Below, piece after piece: positions 49,701 to 61,688 of a stretch of DNA of 64,000 nt; the first letter of the stretch is position 1; each line of letters starts with the position of its first letter. Below the pieces are notes generated by a model. That model was given only the letters and a program-made list of their open reading frames with translations. It ran no database searches and had not been told where the DNA came from. Where the stretch lies: positions 1,378,094 to 1,442,093 of the forward strand of contig CAJINV010000010.1 of assembly GCA_905178155.1 (NCBI GenBank), read 5' to 3'. The position numbers were made by a program, and so were the translations under genes. Source of the DNA: Amoebophrya sp. A120. Lineage: Eukaryota; Protista; Dinoflagellata.

Positions 49701-52700
49701 CGGCACCGGTATTCCCCCGAATACGACTTCATGGGTTCCGTCACGCATCACGAGCTCTTTGACAAAATCGCCGCTCGGGCCCAGGCGCAGGAGGACGCAA
49801 AGCTCGCAGTGCAGATGGCGTATGCGAGCGGTGAGATGGACAAACCGGCACTGAAATTGACAAACGGGCCAACGGCGTCTGACAACGTGATCGAATACAT
49901 GTTGAGCAAAAAGCCGAGTAAGGAAACAGACGACGCACGGATGACGGTGCAAGGAGACGAGACGGTCAGTGCGGCGTTGGAACAGGTAGGATATTGCTTG
50001 TATGGGTAGCAGTACTCTTGGTGGGTTTTTTTACTGACTGACAGGCCCCCGATACTTCCATGGTACTAACTTTTGCCTGAGCAGTATGAATTGCTGTTGC
50101 ATCTAACTTTGCAAAATTGAAATTCAATATTGTGGTGCACATTACAATGAAACAACACAGCAACGCGACGCCGAGCGTTTGCAGCGGGAAGCGAGGACGT
50201 TGGCCGAGGAAATTGAGGAATTTGCGGACGATTTTGAAGAAGAAGACGTTTCCTTTGAGCAGCAAATCGAACAGGTGGGAAAGGACGCCGATGAAACTAC
50301 ACGCGATCTCGATATTGATCTACCATTAGAAGGAGCACCAGAAGCAGAAGATCAACATCCACCCGCAGCTACTTCTGCAGAGCAAGAACTCGAAGGCGAG
50401 GACGCGACCTCCGAACAGAAAACCAACTTTGTCCGTTTCGCCACCGGGAATAATAACACAACCACGTTGGAGGAAGAGCAGCAAGAATCCGAAGTTGGGC
50501 ACCAGCCGTCTCAGCACCAGAGCTCGGAACTGTCCGACGTGAACGACCGAGTTACTGGGAGGCGGATAACGGATACCTCTTCTGACGAATTCGCCAGGCC
50601 CGCGGAGTGGAGTCTGCGTGACCCGGCCGGCAATAAACCGAGGTCACCGAAAGACGATGCGGACGGGGGTAGTTCGTCGCCGAAACGAGGCAAGAGGAAC
50701 AAGAACTTTCGGAAGAAGAGGAGCAAGAGCGGTTCTCCGTCCCATTTGAACTCATCGGACGGCGATGTGGAAGATTTGGCGATTGACGAGGATGAAAGTC
50801 CAAGCAAGGCTGGTGGAGTTGTGGCAGAAGCTGCAGCGTCGTCTTCTTCGCAGTCGGGTGTAGCTGTACTTGCGCAGCAAACAACAGAGCTGAAGGAAGA
50901 AGCAGTTGCTGCAGCAACGACTGTGGATGCGCCTGGTGCTTCGGGACAGGGCGCAGTGGTGGAAGATGCTTCTGCAGCTCCGGTGGAGATGAAACTGAAA
51001 GCAGAGGAAACATCAGTGGTAGAGAAGCCATCTACTGATACTGCAACCGCACCAGCAGGAGCAGTGCCCGAACAAGAACCAGTTGAGCAACCAGCCACCA
51101 ATTCTCCCGACGACGAGCTTCCCCAGCAGCGGATCGCGCAGGAGGTCGCGGAAATCCAGCTGCTCTACGGCGCGGAGAGAATCAGCGAATTTTCCGCCGG
51201 CTCGCAGAGCAAGAACACTTCGGAGGCTGGCGACCAGACGGCGAGGTTGTTGGAGGCGGGAGTCCGGGACCACGTGAGCAGCAGCGGTTCTAGCGATGCG
51301 GCGAAAAGCAAAAACATCGATGCCAGTGAAGCACCAACGTTGAACGCGGTGCCGGAAGGGACGGTAGCGTCGTCAGCATATCAAATGCAAAAATGTCTGG
51401 GTCTGGAAGAATGCAAGTTTGTCATGCTTGTCTGGCATGACTCGAGGTCGAGAATCTCTGTTGCATAGGCACGAAAAGGCCCTCTTACCTGTCATGCAAA
51501 AACGCAGCTTGCCATGCCGAATACGTAAGGCATGGCAGCCAAGAAACAAATTTGTCATGCATAGCTGCGTACTGCAGTGCGTCTAGCATTCACTTTTAGC
51601 ATTACAAGTTTCCAGACCAAGACATATTTGCAATCCATACAGCAAGAGAGATCGCAACTGTTGTCCTCGACAACGACAATGAGCAGATTCTGGGAGAAGA
51701 CAGCACACCCGCGGTCGGAGGTGGGGAGAGTGAAGTAGTTGTACCAGCAGGAGCAGAAGCTGTACAACAGGAACCTCCGGAAATAGTACCATCAAAACAA
51801 GAAGGCGATGAAGCTGCAGGAGCACCTACAACTTCAGCAAATGTAGTCGACGACGCCCTGAACCTCGACAACAACGCCCCCTCCCAAACCCTGGAGATCG
51901 AGGCCGAGCACCAAGAGCAGGTCGACAGCCGGAGTACGGTGTCGTCGAAAGCGAAAAGCAACCTCCTGCCCGAGGAGGAGTCGCAGTCACAAATGCAGGA
52001 CGAATCGGTGGTATGCATTACAAAAGCATCGCACTAGTACGAAATGCAATACAAACTTTCTCGTCAGCATGCCAAATGAAATTTGTGATGCGGGTCTCCC
52101 TTAAGAAAGGAATTTGTAATGCTAATGCATGATTGCAATTACTACAACGAGTGTGATACTTTTGCAGAGCATAGTTGGTAAACACAAACAACTTCGAGGT
52201 CGACGGAGGCTCTCTCGCGATATCCACAGTAAATTTCCTGTACACGTACAAATGCAGTCTCTGCATGACAAAACTACTCGCCTTCAATCCTAGTCCAGCA
52301 TGACAAGTTGGACTCTGCAAGGTAGCGAAATTTGTCATGCATTTTGTACATGTACAGGAAATTTACATTGCATACGCGACCTACGACTTACACAACGAAC
52401 AGGGCTCGAACGCACCGGGCAGTAACGCCCCGGGAGAGGTGGCTTTTGTGCCAGGAGGTTCCGCAACAACCGGGGCCGCTGCTCCAGAACCGATTTTTGA
52501 GGACGAAAGTCAGCCGTTTTCTCATCCAGTAGCCGGTGTAGATGAATTAGAGAACAAAGAAGAAACCAAGAACAACTTTATTTCCTCCTCAACGAAGCAG
52601 ACCCATAATTTCCTCCTCTCCGATGCTTCGGCGTCCGCCACGCCCATCCAGCCCCCGACGTTCCGGGAAACGCTATCCTATGTAGAAACTCTCCCCACAG

Positions 52701-53131
52701 CACCGTAGTTGTCATGCAGGTTTGCAATAACAGGAACATTTGTAATGCGCACCTACTACATGAGAGGAATTTACAATCGTGTTTTGGCACTTGTAATGCT
52801 GTAAACAGGATGAGGCGATGAGCTTGCGATGCGACTGTCCTTGCCAACCTGCACTAAACTACAAAGACGAACTTGTCATGCATGGCTACCAAAACTCCTG
52901 GGTTTGTGTTGCCGAGTTCGCAACTTGACTATGGGGTGGGGTCGCTTTTACCAAAGATAAACGATCACAAACAGTTCTTCCGCGCGGGAGAAGGAGATGG
53001 AGGCACTGCGGGCGCGCGACGACGCCGCGGAAAAAGCGGATATTGAGGAAGAAAAGCAGAAAGCGCTGCGGTTGCGGGAGGAATTGGGGCTGGACTCCTC
53101 CGATTTGAGCGGGAGTCAGATGTCGGTATGA
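46703..53131 (+). CDS. Gene 7: N-terminal RNI-like leucine-rich-repeat protein with a long acidic low-complexity C-terminus
   Basis: LRRs IRKLQLEKCNINDVAC, VQVLSLNENHIKSVG, LTHLFLNRNHIGPVGAKSLA, LQCLEVRENCIDDWG and LRQLDLQSNPIGENG. Seven TIR elements plus 5 GT-AG introns (47052-47241, 47757-47977, 48537-48703, 49489-49684, 49986-50160) give one ORF ending SQMSV*. Confidence 0.8.
46759..46873. mobile_element. TIR intron-like element, family F
   Basis: TSD GTGGA/CTAGA; homologous to 27658-27770. Confidence 0.9.
47293..47466. mobile_element. TIR intron-like element, diverged family C
   Basis: TATCCTGCGCAAAAG / CTTTCGCGCATTCCATA ends, TSD TTGTG/TTGCG; splits an LRR. Confidence 0.85.
48048..48212. 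mobile_element. TIR intron-like element, family H (short)
   Basis: TSD CGACA/CGACA. Confidence 0.95.
51379..51639. mobile_element. TIR intron-like element, family H
   Basis: TSD CAGCA/CAGCA. Confidence 0.95.
52012..52173. mobile_element. TIR intron-like element, family C
   Basis: TSD GGTGG/GTTGG. Confidence 0.9.
52221..52374. mobile_element. TIR intron-like element, family G
   Basis: TSD CGCGA/CGCGA. Confidence 0.95.
52674..52959. mobile_element. TIR intron-like element (diverged singleton)
   Basis: Imperfect IR, TSD AACGC/AACGA; removal extends the ORF to the stop at 53129-53131. Confidence 0.8.
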
Positions 53132-55498
53132 GAAGGGTTAGGGCTGTGGGGGTTGCCGAATTTTGGTGTTCTTGCAAAATGTTATCACACAATAATGACT
53201 ATAGGTAGCAGGTGTTTAATTATTGGTAGCAGTTTCACAATAGCAGAAACAAGTAGCTGTCAGCCTCAGCTACGCTTTCAGAGCAAAATCGTTTTATTGT
53301 ATTGACTTGAATCAGATTTAAGTTCGTCTTTTATGTTTGTTTGGATTTCACAGTTAGGTTCACAACTTTTCACAGATTTGTAAACGTAAACTACACTCGT
53401 ACGGGGCTATTGACGTATCAGAAGGACACCAGCGTCCAAGAAAAGTCCTACCTTCTATTCGAAGAATTTTTCAGTTTGAGCAGCAGATTGAGATTTTACA
53501 CTAGCAGAAGAAGCATCGACGTCATTGCTCTTGACGATTCCGATGCGTGGTACAGGATTTGTGTTTGTCAGACCTTTGCTTGAACAACTTTATACACATC
53601 GAATTTGTTTCGCTGATTTGAGCATTGTAATCTTGTTGAGCAGTAACTTTGTCTTTGAAACTTGAAATACAAATGTTGGCAGTTGGAATAAAGGTATTCT
53701 TGTTGTGTATGATTTTTACAGTATTCTTGTTGATATCAAGCTCTGATGTATATTGATTTCATGTCTTGCACCAAGCGAAGTGCTGGCCGCTTCGGTCTTG
53801 TTGGAATTGGAAAGGGCCGTCAACTTTCGCACAGTAGATGCAGTACTTCTACAACCAGAGCCCGAAAAATATTAAGGATTGTACTCACACATTTGGGTCG
53901 TTTCAAATAGAATTTTCATACTTAATTTTTTTTCGCTTCAAGGGTTTTGGCCATCCCGAGTTCTGGCATCCGTTAGTTGTTCTTCACGCCAGCGAGTGCA
54001 ACAAAGAACTTTTTGCAGCGAAGTGACAGATAGTATAGTAATCTGGAACAGAATTGAGAGAGGATGAGCGGCCATTCATTGAAAATCTGATGGAGTCTGT
54101 GAGCTGAGGGCGCCATAAGTGCTAGCATCAATACCACTCACGCCATCCTGTGACGTCTCAGATCTGTGATCTCGCCGAGCGTGGCGCGCCTTGGTTCGTT
54201 GTCTATCTTAATCTTTGGCGCTTTGGCGTGCCTTTTCGTTGGAGGTGCCTGCGCAGGGCGGTCGGTAGATGCCGGGGGCCACTTGGTGGGAGCATGCAGC
54301 GCGCCAGCATTTCGAAGGTGCGCGCTCTGTGGAGGCTGTTTCCTCCCCCTGTGTTCGTTTTCGTCTGGGCGCGGCGCCATTGATTCACTGGCGCCGCCGG
54401 CCGGGCGTGCCTGCGAGACAGACGGCCGACGCGGCGTGGCTTCTCGATGCCAATGCAAATAATGAGGAAGGAGCCGGCGGCCACCCGTCCCGCTGCTCGC
54501 CCTCGCCTGCGCTGCCGCGGCGCGCGCCGCCATAGTTCCGCGGATGATCGGCAGCCGGTGGCGCGCCCTCCGTGTTTCTTTCTTGTAATCCATGACCGCG
54601 CTGGCCCGGCGCTCTTCGTGCCCCGCCCAGGAATCCCCAGGCAGAACACGCAGGCGGCGACCGGTCGCCGTCCGGGTGGGTGGCCCGCCGGCCCTCCGCC
54701 TTGTATGTTAGTTTTGCCTCCCTTCGCAGTCGGTAGATGGGCGCACAGCTTCGCGTGGTGCGCAACCTATTCCGCGCTCAGGTCGGCCTGGGGCGACGCC
54801 CGCCCCTCGTGGGGGGGGGCGGGCGCTGTTTTCCCGTGGTTGCTCCGTGTGGTTCCGCGCCGAAAAGGGGCGCGCGGCTGGTGGAATGTGTGGAACCAGT
54901 GGTCGCGGCGACGCGTAGCAATGTTCAGTGAGTTGTGTGGCAGTTCTCATGTGGTCACGTGTTGCCAGCGTAAGGGCACATAGCAGGAGGCGCGCGCGCG
55001 CCGCAGATCGCATCGAAGGTCTGGCGGCCGGGTTGTGGTTAGGTGCGCCGATCCATTGTTCTGCAGTGGCCCGTCCCCAATTCCAAAAGTAGAGCGACAC
55101 TGCGTCGTGGCTATCATCCCGTGATCTGTGGCGGTCTACCGCTCCGTGACTTCTAGCTACCATCAGATCTGACTGTGAGAGTGTGGAGGGTAGGACGAAC
55201 ATGCTGCTAAGTGTCCGGCAGTCGGTGTTGGGCGGTTCTTTCTGATGATTGAGGTCAGCCGCCTCGTCGTGTTTGGGCCTCTAACCTGAGGGCCGTTTGT
55301 GTAGCTTAATGCATTGAAGAAAGCCAGCTGCGCAGGTGCAGGACCCTGACCACAGGCGCGCAAGGATGTCCTGTAGCCGCTGCCGCTTCCATTAGACTGA
55401 TATCTTACCTTCACGATCAAGATCATCTTCACCCTGGCTCATTGACTCGTCTTACCCGGAAACAAAAGACGCCGCGGGCCCTTGCCCCGCGGCCCACA

Positions 55499-56281
55499 AT
55501 GCCATCGCGTTTCTCAGCTCTGATCGGCGGGGTGACAGTGCTTAGTTCTGTCCCACAGATGTTGCTAACATTGCTGCTTCACGACCTTTTGGCCCACACA
55601 ACAACCGCATCAGCACTTACACTTTCTTCTAAAAACGCCATCGACGTAAAACGATCCGAATCCCGAGCGCCACCGAAAAACAGCGCCGACACGGAGGCCA
55701 GGAAACGCCTCTTCAAGGAGCCGGGCGAGGAAGGCCAGGAGGATCTCACCGCCAACAGCAAGTACGACTACGCCGCGTCGATGCCGCACGTACCCAACTG
55801 CGACTGCGTGTCGGATTGTTACGCGATGTTGCCTATGAAATGCAAAAGCATCGCACTAAGTAGTGGAAAGCGCATGACAAATTCCCACAGCATGAATACA
55901 AATGGAATTTGTAATGCGGATTTACGTCGTTAAGAAGGAGATTTGTAATGCATGACTGCGACTACTACGAGCACGATACTTTTGCACAGGATACTGCCTC
56001 CCGGAATGCCGGACATCGCCTCGTCCTACGCCTGCCAGAGCGGGGAGCACTACCCGGACCACGATGTTGCAGAGGGGGCGAAGTCGGGGCCGTTTGAGGA
56101 GATGAGTCTCTGCGCCATGTTGGTCAGCGAACGGCTCGGCACGGAACATCTGACCTCCATGGGCCAGTTCTGCGCAACGCACTGCAAGCCGCCGGATAAC
56201 CACTGCGGGGTGGACGGGGTGCATTGCGACTTGGGAGATCGCTGCGTGGATTTGAAGCCGGCCAGCGCGGGGAAGAAGTGA
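55499..56281 (+). CDS. Gene 8: small Cys-rich, possibly secreted protein
   Basis: Hydrophobic N-terminus; CDCVSDC..C..C..C..C..C..C..C spacing. ORFs 55442 and 55952 join (AMLP|PGMP) after removing 55834-55998. Confidence 0.7.
55834..55993. mobile_element. TIR intron-like element, family C
   Basis: TSD TTGCC/CTGCC. Confidence 0.9.
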
Positions 56282-58172
56282 TCGGTTTGGGGTGGGGCAT
56301 TTGCGGGAAGGTGGAATGGCGGAATCGATATGCCTAATTGGAGTTGCATTTTTCGTTGACCAGCAGCAGGCATAGTCGCTGTTGACTGTCGGAAATAGAC
56401 GCTCCTTAATGGTGATGATGATGATGATGTGAGTTCGAATTTCTTTTTTCCAGCACAACCAAAAGCAATGCCATGCTGCTCAAAAGCTTGAACGATAGAA
56501 GGTCGAAATTAAGTCGACTAGCACCGGGTTTGAAATAAAGCACCAGTTTGTCGCAAGTTCAGAGATACGTCGTGTAGTTTCACGAAAGATCTGCACGAGA
56601 ACCGAGTTGAAGGAATCGTGGCAGTTGAGTGTTGTCGACCGCGTCGAGGAAAGCGTTCTTGAGGCCTTTAGTGATTGTGATTGAGGAGGAGGAGAACTAG
56701 GATCAGCAGCCACAAGTCATCTGGAAAGGTACTTACAGAGTCTATCCGTGAAGAGGTGGTCTTTCTTGTATGAGCCAGCTCTACTTGCAGGTGAAAAAGA
56801 AAAACATGATCAGTTCTTCTAAATTAAAAAGTACTATCGATTGTTTTGTAGTTCGTTCACCGCACCTTTAGAAGAAAGCTGTTCTCGTATGGGTATGCAG
56901 AAAATTCTCCCGTAGGGAACGAAAGAGTGCACTCAGCCGTGAGTTTCGGCATTAAGATTATCACTATGCCGGACAATCCAGCCGACGAGGCAGCGGGTAG
57001 AGCGCGCGGGGCGGCCGCGTCTTCGACCGCGGCCGGCGGGCAAGTCGCATTAATTCACTTGTTGCTGATGCGACTCCTCCGGCCGCCGCTCCGAAGCACA
57101 AGAGCCCCGGGGCCGGATTCTTCGACCCCGAGACGAAGCGCCGCAGACATGGCCATGCCGGCGGATGTGTATCATGCATGGACACGGGCGGCCAGGCCCG
57201 CGCGCACTGTGGGCGCGTGCGCGATCACGATCAGCATTTTCGCGAAACACCGAAGCGGCGGAGCAACTGTGGAGCAAGGCGAACAAACTGCGTTACCCGG
57301 CGCGGATGGGCCCGAGTGCATGAGCCCAGCACACCAAACCCCGGCCGGGGTGAACAAGCCCGCTCCAGGAAGTGTGGCGCCCCGGTCCCCCCCGCGCCGC
57401 GTGCTTTCTTCGTGTGCGCCGCGGCGCTGCGCCGGGCGGGCGGGTCGTTTTCTCTCATATGCTAGATCGATTGGGCAGGGCGCGCGCGGGTGGTCATTGC
57501 GACGCAATCTGCCGGCCCCCTTCGGCGCCAAGCGGCGCCCTTTCGCGCGGAGAAGCCCTCGCGGGCGCCAGCCCCTTACGGCGCTGTGCGGGCCTAGCAA
57601 GCCGCGTCGGCAGGCCGGCGCGGCCGCGCGCGCCCGCGTCTCACTCTATTTCGTGGGCCCTCGTCGCCGTTGTTTTCATTTACTTACACCGCAGAGCGGC
57701 CTTCGGGTGGGATTGCGCCTGGTTGCCGGTGGTTCGTTAAGGAAAACGGGCGAGCGTGACGCCCCAACTCCTCAAAAGATAAAGAAATGAGTTCAGTTCA
57801 GGTAGAGTGAGGGAGAGGTGGCGTTGATGAAGAGTCGAAAAAGAACTCACTGAGAAACCAGTCTCCATTTCTAGAAAGGCCACTGCGCACATCAATATGG
57901 AGCTAGGGAGCCGATCCTTGTTTCCCCGAGAGTCGACCTTCGTGACTGAATGTTTCACAATATTATAAAACTAGAAACGCAAACGGCGAGGCAGAATTAC
58001 AGATGAAACATGAGCAAGATGAGTTTCTGTGTGTCTTCACTTGAAGAAAATCTAGCAGTAGCGCTCGTACTAGCCGTCAGAATAGCTTTGAAATTCACAC
58101 ACTCCTCGTGGTCCTCGTCCGCCAAGTAACAAAGACGTCCCTTGGCGCCCAACAGCACCCACCAAAAGCAAC

Positions 58173-59119
58173 ATGTTCTCCGCCCTGTTCGGTTCCTCCA
58201 AGCCTCCCCGCGCGACGTCCGACAACCCCGACCCGCCGGTCAGCAAGGGGTTTTTCGGGACGCACTACGGCCCCCGGGAGAAATTCACGAAAGCGGAGAT
58301 CAAGAAACTGAACCGGCACTACGCGAAGCGCATCAACAAACGGGATCTGTCCTACCAGGAATTCGTCAACCTCCCGGATTGGAACCAAAATCCGTTAGTT
58401 CCCCGGGCCTTGGAGGTTTTGAACAAGGACGTGCGGAATTCCACCGATTTGTCGAAATCGCCGCTGCTACACCTATATGCAGTTCAAAAGTATCGTACTA
58501 GGTGTAGTACAAGTACAACTTGCATGACAAGTTTTCTGAATACAGAAGAAGAGCCAAAGAAATTAGTCATGCACATTCGAGTTGTCAGAAAGCAGATCTG
58601 TCATGCAGTGGTGCAATCACTACGATCGAGTGCGGTGTTTTTGCAATGCATAACCTGCAGGATTTCATCAACGTCTACGAAAAGTTAAGAAACTACCAGA
58701 CGCAGGAAGACAAAATGAAATTCGCCTTTCAGTTGCTGGACTACGATGAGGACGGAGGTACTTGTTTCTACTTCTACGTTATTGTTATGTCGGAACGCAG
58801 GACCACATCAAGCAGTTAGTGTCATGCAGATTGTAAATCGTAATCAGATGGATGACACCTGCACTCTAGTATCATGCGTCGTCTTCTTTCTAGTACCACT
58901 TTATTCTGCTCAACACATCACAATCATAAATCAGGTATCAGCGAGTCCGATCTGACTCATTTCTACGTCTCCGTGACCGGTCTCTCCGAGGACGCAGCAC
59001 GGTACCACGCGCGAGATTTGTTGGACGGGCGGAGTTTCTTGTCCGAAGATGACTTCAACGCGAGCATACCGCTGATTCAGTTCTGCGCCAGGTTTGATTT
59101 ACCGCAGCCGGCGGGATGA
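58173..59119 (+). CDS. Gene 9: calcineurin-B-like EF-hand protein
   Basis: FTKAEIKKLNRHY..LSYQEFVNLPDWNQNPLVPR and EDKMKFAFQLLDYDEDG|GISESDL (EF-hand). One TIR element (58476-58652) and one GT-AG intron (58758-58934). Confidence 0.85.
58476..58652. mobile_element. TIR intron-like element, family C
   Basis: TSD ACCTA/ACCTG; removal restores the calcineurin-B-like sequence LHL|QDFINVY. Confidence 0.9.
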
Positions 59120-61688
59120 TTTTCTACAGCGGGGAAATGGAGGGAAGCGAAACAGAAGAGGAACAAACTCCAGTCGGGAGGAGGAAGCTAGTACTTAACC
59201 GCATTATAACCAGTCGGGATGTTGGAAACCGCGGCGAGAAAGGTGGAGGCCAGAGGACGGCCTCCCGAATCCAGTACTGCCAGCAGGTACAGGGGGTGAT
59301 GAACTCCAGCGAACAGTATTCCTCCGTTTTATTTCGAGTGGAGAAATTGAAACTACAACTACAAAACTACAACTTACGGATGAACGAGGAACCCGAGCCG
59401 CGTTGTAGCAACTCGAGCTTGAAGGTCTACCAGGGCGGCGGGTGGAAATGCAACGAGACTGAGGAAGCCCGACACGAAGCTGGCGTCGAGAGGACGGGTG
59501 AACTGGCGAGACGATGCGGAGAAAAAAACCGGCCGCGCAACGAGGATCACCAAAGGGGGGAGGAGTTTGTGGCGGGGTAGGAGTTCTTGTTGAAGAAGTA
59601 TTATACTGCATCGTAGAGCTGCACGAGGTGATGGGAACTGTCACGACGGTTTCCGTTGAATAAGTACAAATATACTAAAAGTTGATGACAAACGAGTGCT
59701 GACAGGATACAGAATGGGATGGCAAGGAACTGTTTCTGTGTGCACAGTGAACTCTTTTTGCTTTGAAAACATATAGACGAGTTTGGTGAGGGGCTGGACC
59801 AGTCCGTGACAACTTGACAAAAAGTTAGTTCTCCACGGTCGTGGTGACGACCGTGTCATATTTTGTTGCGGGAGAGAAATGCTTTTTATTTGTGGCCAAG
59901 CAAGGAGCGAGAGTGAGAGATGAGGAGCTACGTGCTTATTTGTGGCCAAGCGAGAGTGGAGTACGTAGGCAACTCGGTTTCGAGCGAACGCGCCAACAAG
60001 ATTGCAATGTGCTCAGCAGGACAGCGCCCGAGAGATGCGCTGGAGGTGCAGCCGGCCGGGGTCATTTGAATGGCCCCACAGAGCCACGCCCGCCGCCTGG
60101 CATTCTGGTGGGAGCCAAAAGGCCAGCGAAGGCTTTCCGGGTTAGGGCGCGGCGGGCCGGTTGCCGAGTTTAGTAGGCCACCGCGCGGGGGTATTCTTGC
60201 AGTGGCTAACGGCGCCCCCAATTCCTGTTGCCCCCTTCGGGTTGCTGTAGTGTGTGGCAGGCGGGCATGTGCGTTGGGTTTCGCCAGTACCTGCGGCCAA
60301 TGCATGGGCCGGCGCACACGAACGCAATGGCGCACCGGAACGGCGCTGGGGAGGGGAGCGCATAAGAGGGGGCCCCGGGATACAGAGGGAGGCCGGCGAG
60401 GTGGCATCAGATTGATGAGCTTGGCGCCCCGCCGCGCCCGCGGCCGCGCGGGGTTGGTTCAGACAGCCTTTCTCGTCGGCGGGCCCACCAGGAAGAGGGC
60501 GCGGCCGCCTTCTCCTCTCGCTCACCCCCGGCCCTTTCTGATGCGGACGATGTTGGAGAGGGGGCCGGGCCCGGGTCGCGTCCGTCCCAATTCATTGGCA
60601 GCCCGATGCATTTCCAAGGCGATCGCGAGGCGGCCCGCCCTTTTTCGTCCGTAGTGCCTTAGCCACGCGGCCAAGCCAGAGGCTTGGGCCTGGTGGTGTT
60701 GTCCTGCGTGCCCCGGCCCTTGCAGCGGTTGCGCCCTTTGTTTGGCGTCGCGGCCCGGTTCGATGGTCTGCCGCGCCTTTGGCCGCAAACCCTGCCTTTC
60801 TTGATTGCCGGCGGGCCGGCCCCATTCATTGTTAGTTTGGGCCGCTGTCTGGTCGGCCCGCAGACCGCCGCGCCGGCCATTGCCGGGCGGCCGGCCCGCC
60901 CGCGCGTTCGTGTATTTGTTATTTGTGGCGCAGGCAGCACGCAGGCAGAGAAAGACTCAGCCGGCGCCTATACCTGCAAGCCGGCTCGGTGCTGCCCGCA
61001 CGCCGCGGCCGGCCGGGGCCCTGATGCCCCCCTCCCCCATGCATTCGCTTGGCACCCGCCCCAGCCCGGTTGGTCCGCAATCCTTGGCGGTGTTGTTCGG
61101 CGCCACAAATAAGAGGCTTGTGCTAGTTTTTTAAATTGATGTTCTCGAGAGATGAGCTGACGCAGGACATCTTCCTTTCTGGTGACGCTGATGAACAGTA
61201 GTGGCAGCTCAAATCCAACGAAAAGCAGCTTCCGTTGACCGGTCGAGCAACCACTAGTATGGAGAGAGATTCTAGTCGCAGCTAGCGGTTTATTTGAACT
61301 TGTTGCGTGAGGCTTCCGCCTCGCGTAGAGTATCCAACGAGACGAGCAGCAGACTAACTGTAACGGAGCATGAATCGATGAGTTGATTGCTGGGCAGGAG
61401 AGTTTTTTGTTGATATGGCTGTGGCTTCTGTAAAAATCGGAGAGAGTCATGAGAGTGTCGTTTCGAGAGGTCGCGATATTGCTGAGAGAATCATTTTTGG
61501 CCCATCAACAACAGCAAGCCCGTACCTCCCGAGCGGCAGAACAATAGGCGTGCTTTGGACTTGCTCAGAGGGAAAAGGCTTCGAATAAGTATTTGGATCA
61601 TTTACAATTTGGTTTACCTAGCCGCAAGTACTCGTAGTACTTCGTCGTGACAAGAAGGTGGAAGTATAAAATCACCAGCATTTTCAAG

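Noticed and set aside
59116-59580. 154-aa ORF following the EF-hand gene
   Set aside because: It overlaps the stop of gene 9 and has no recognisable features; it is more likely 3' UTR or intergenic.
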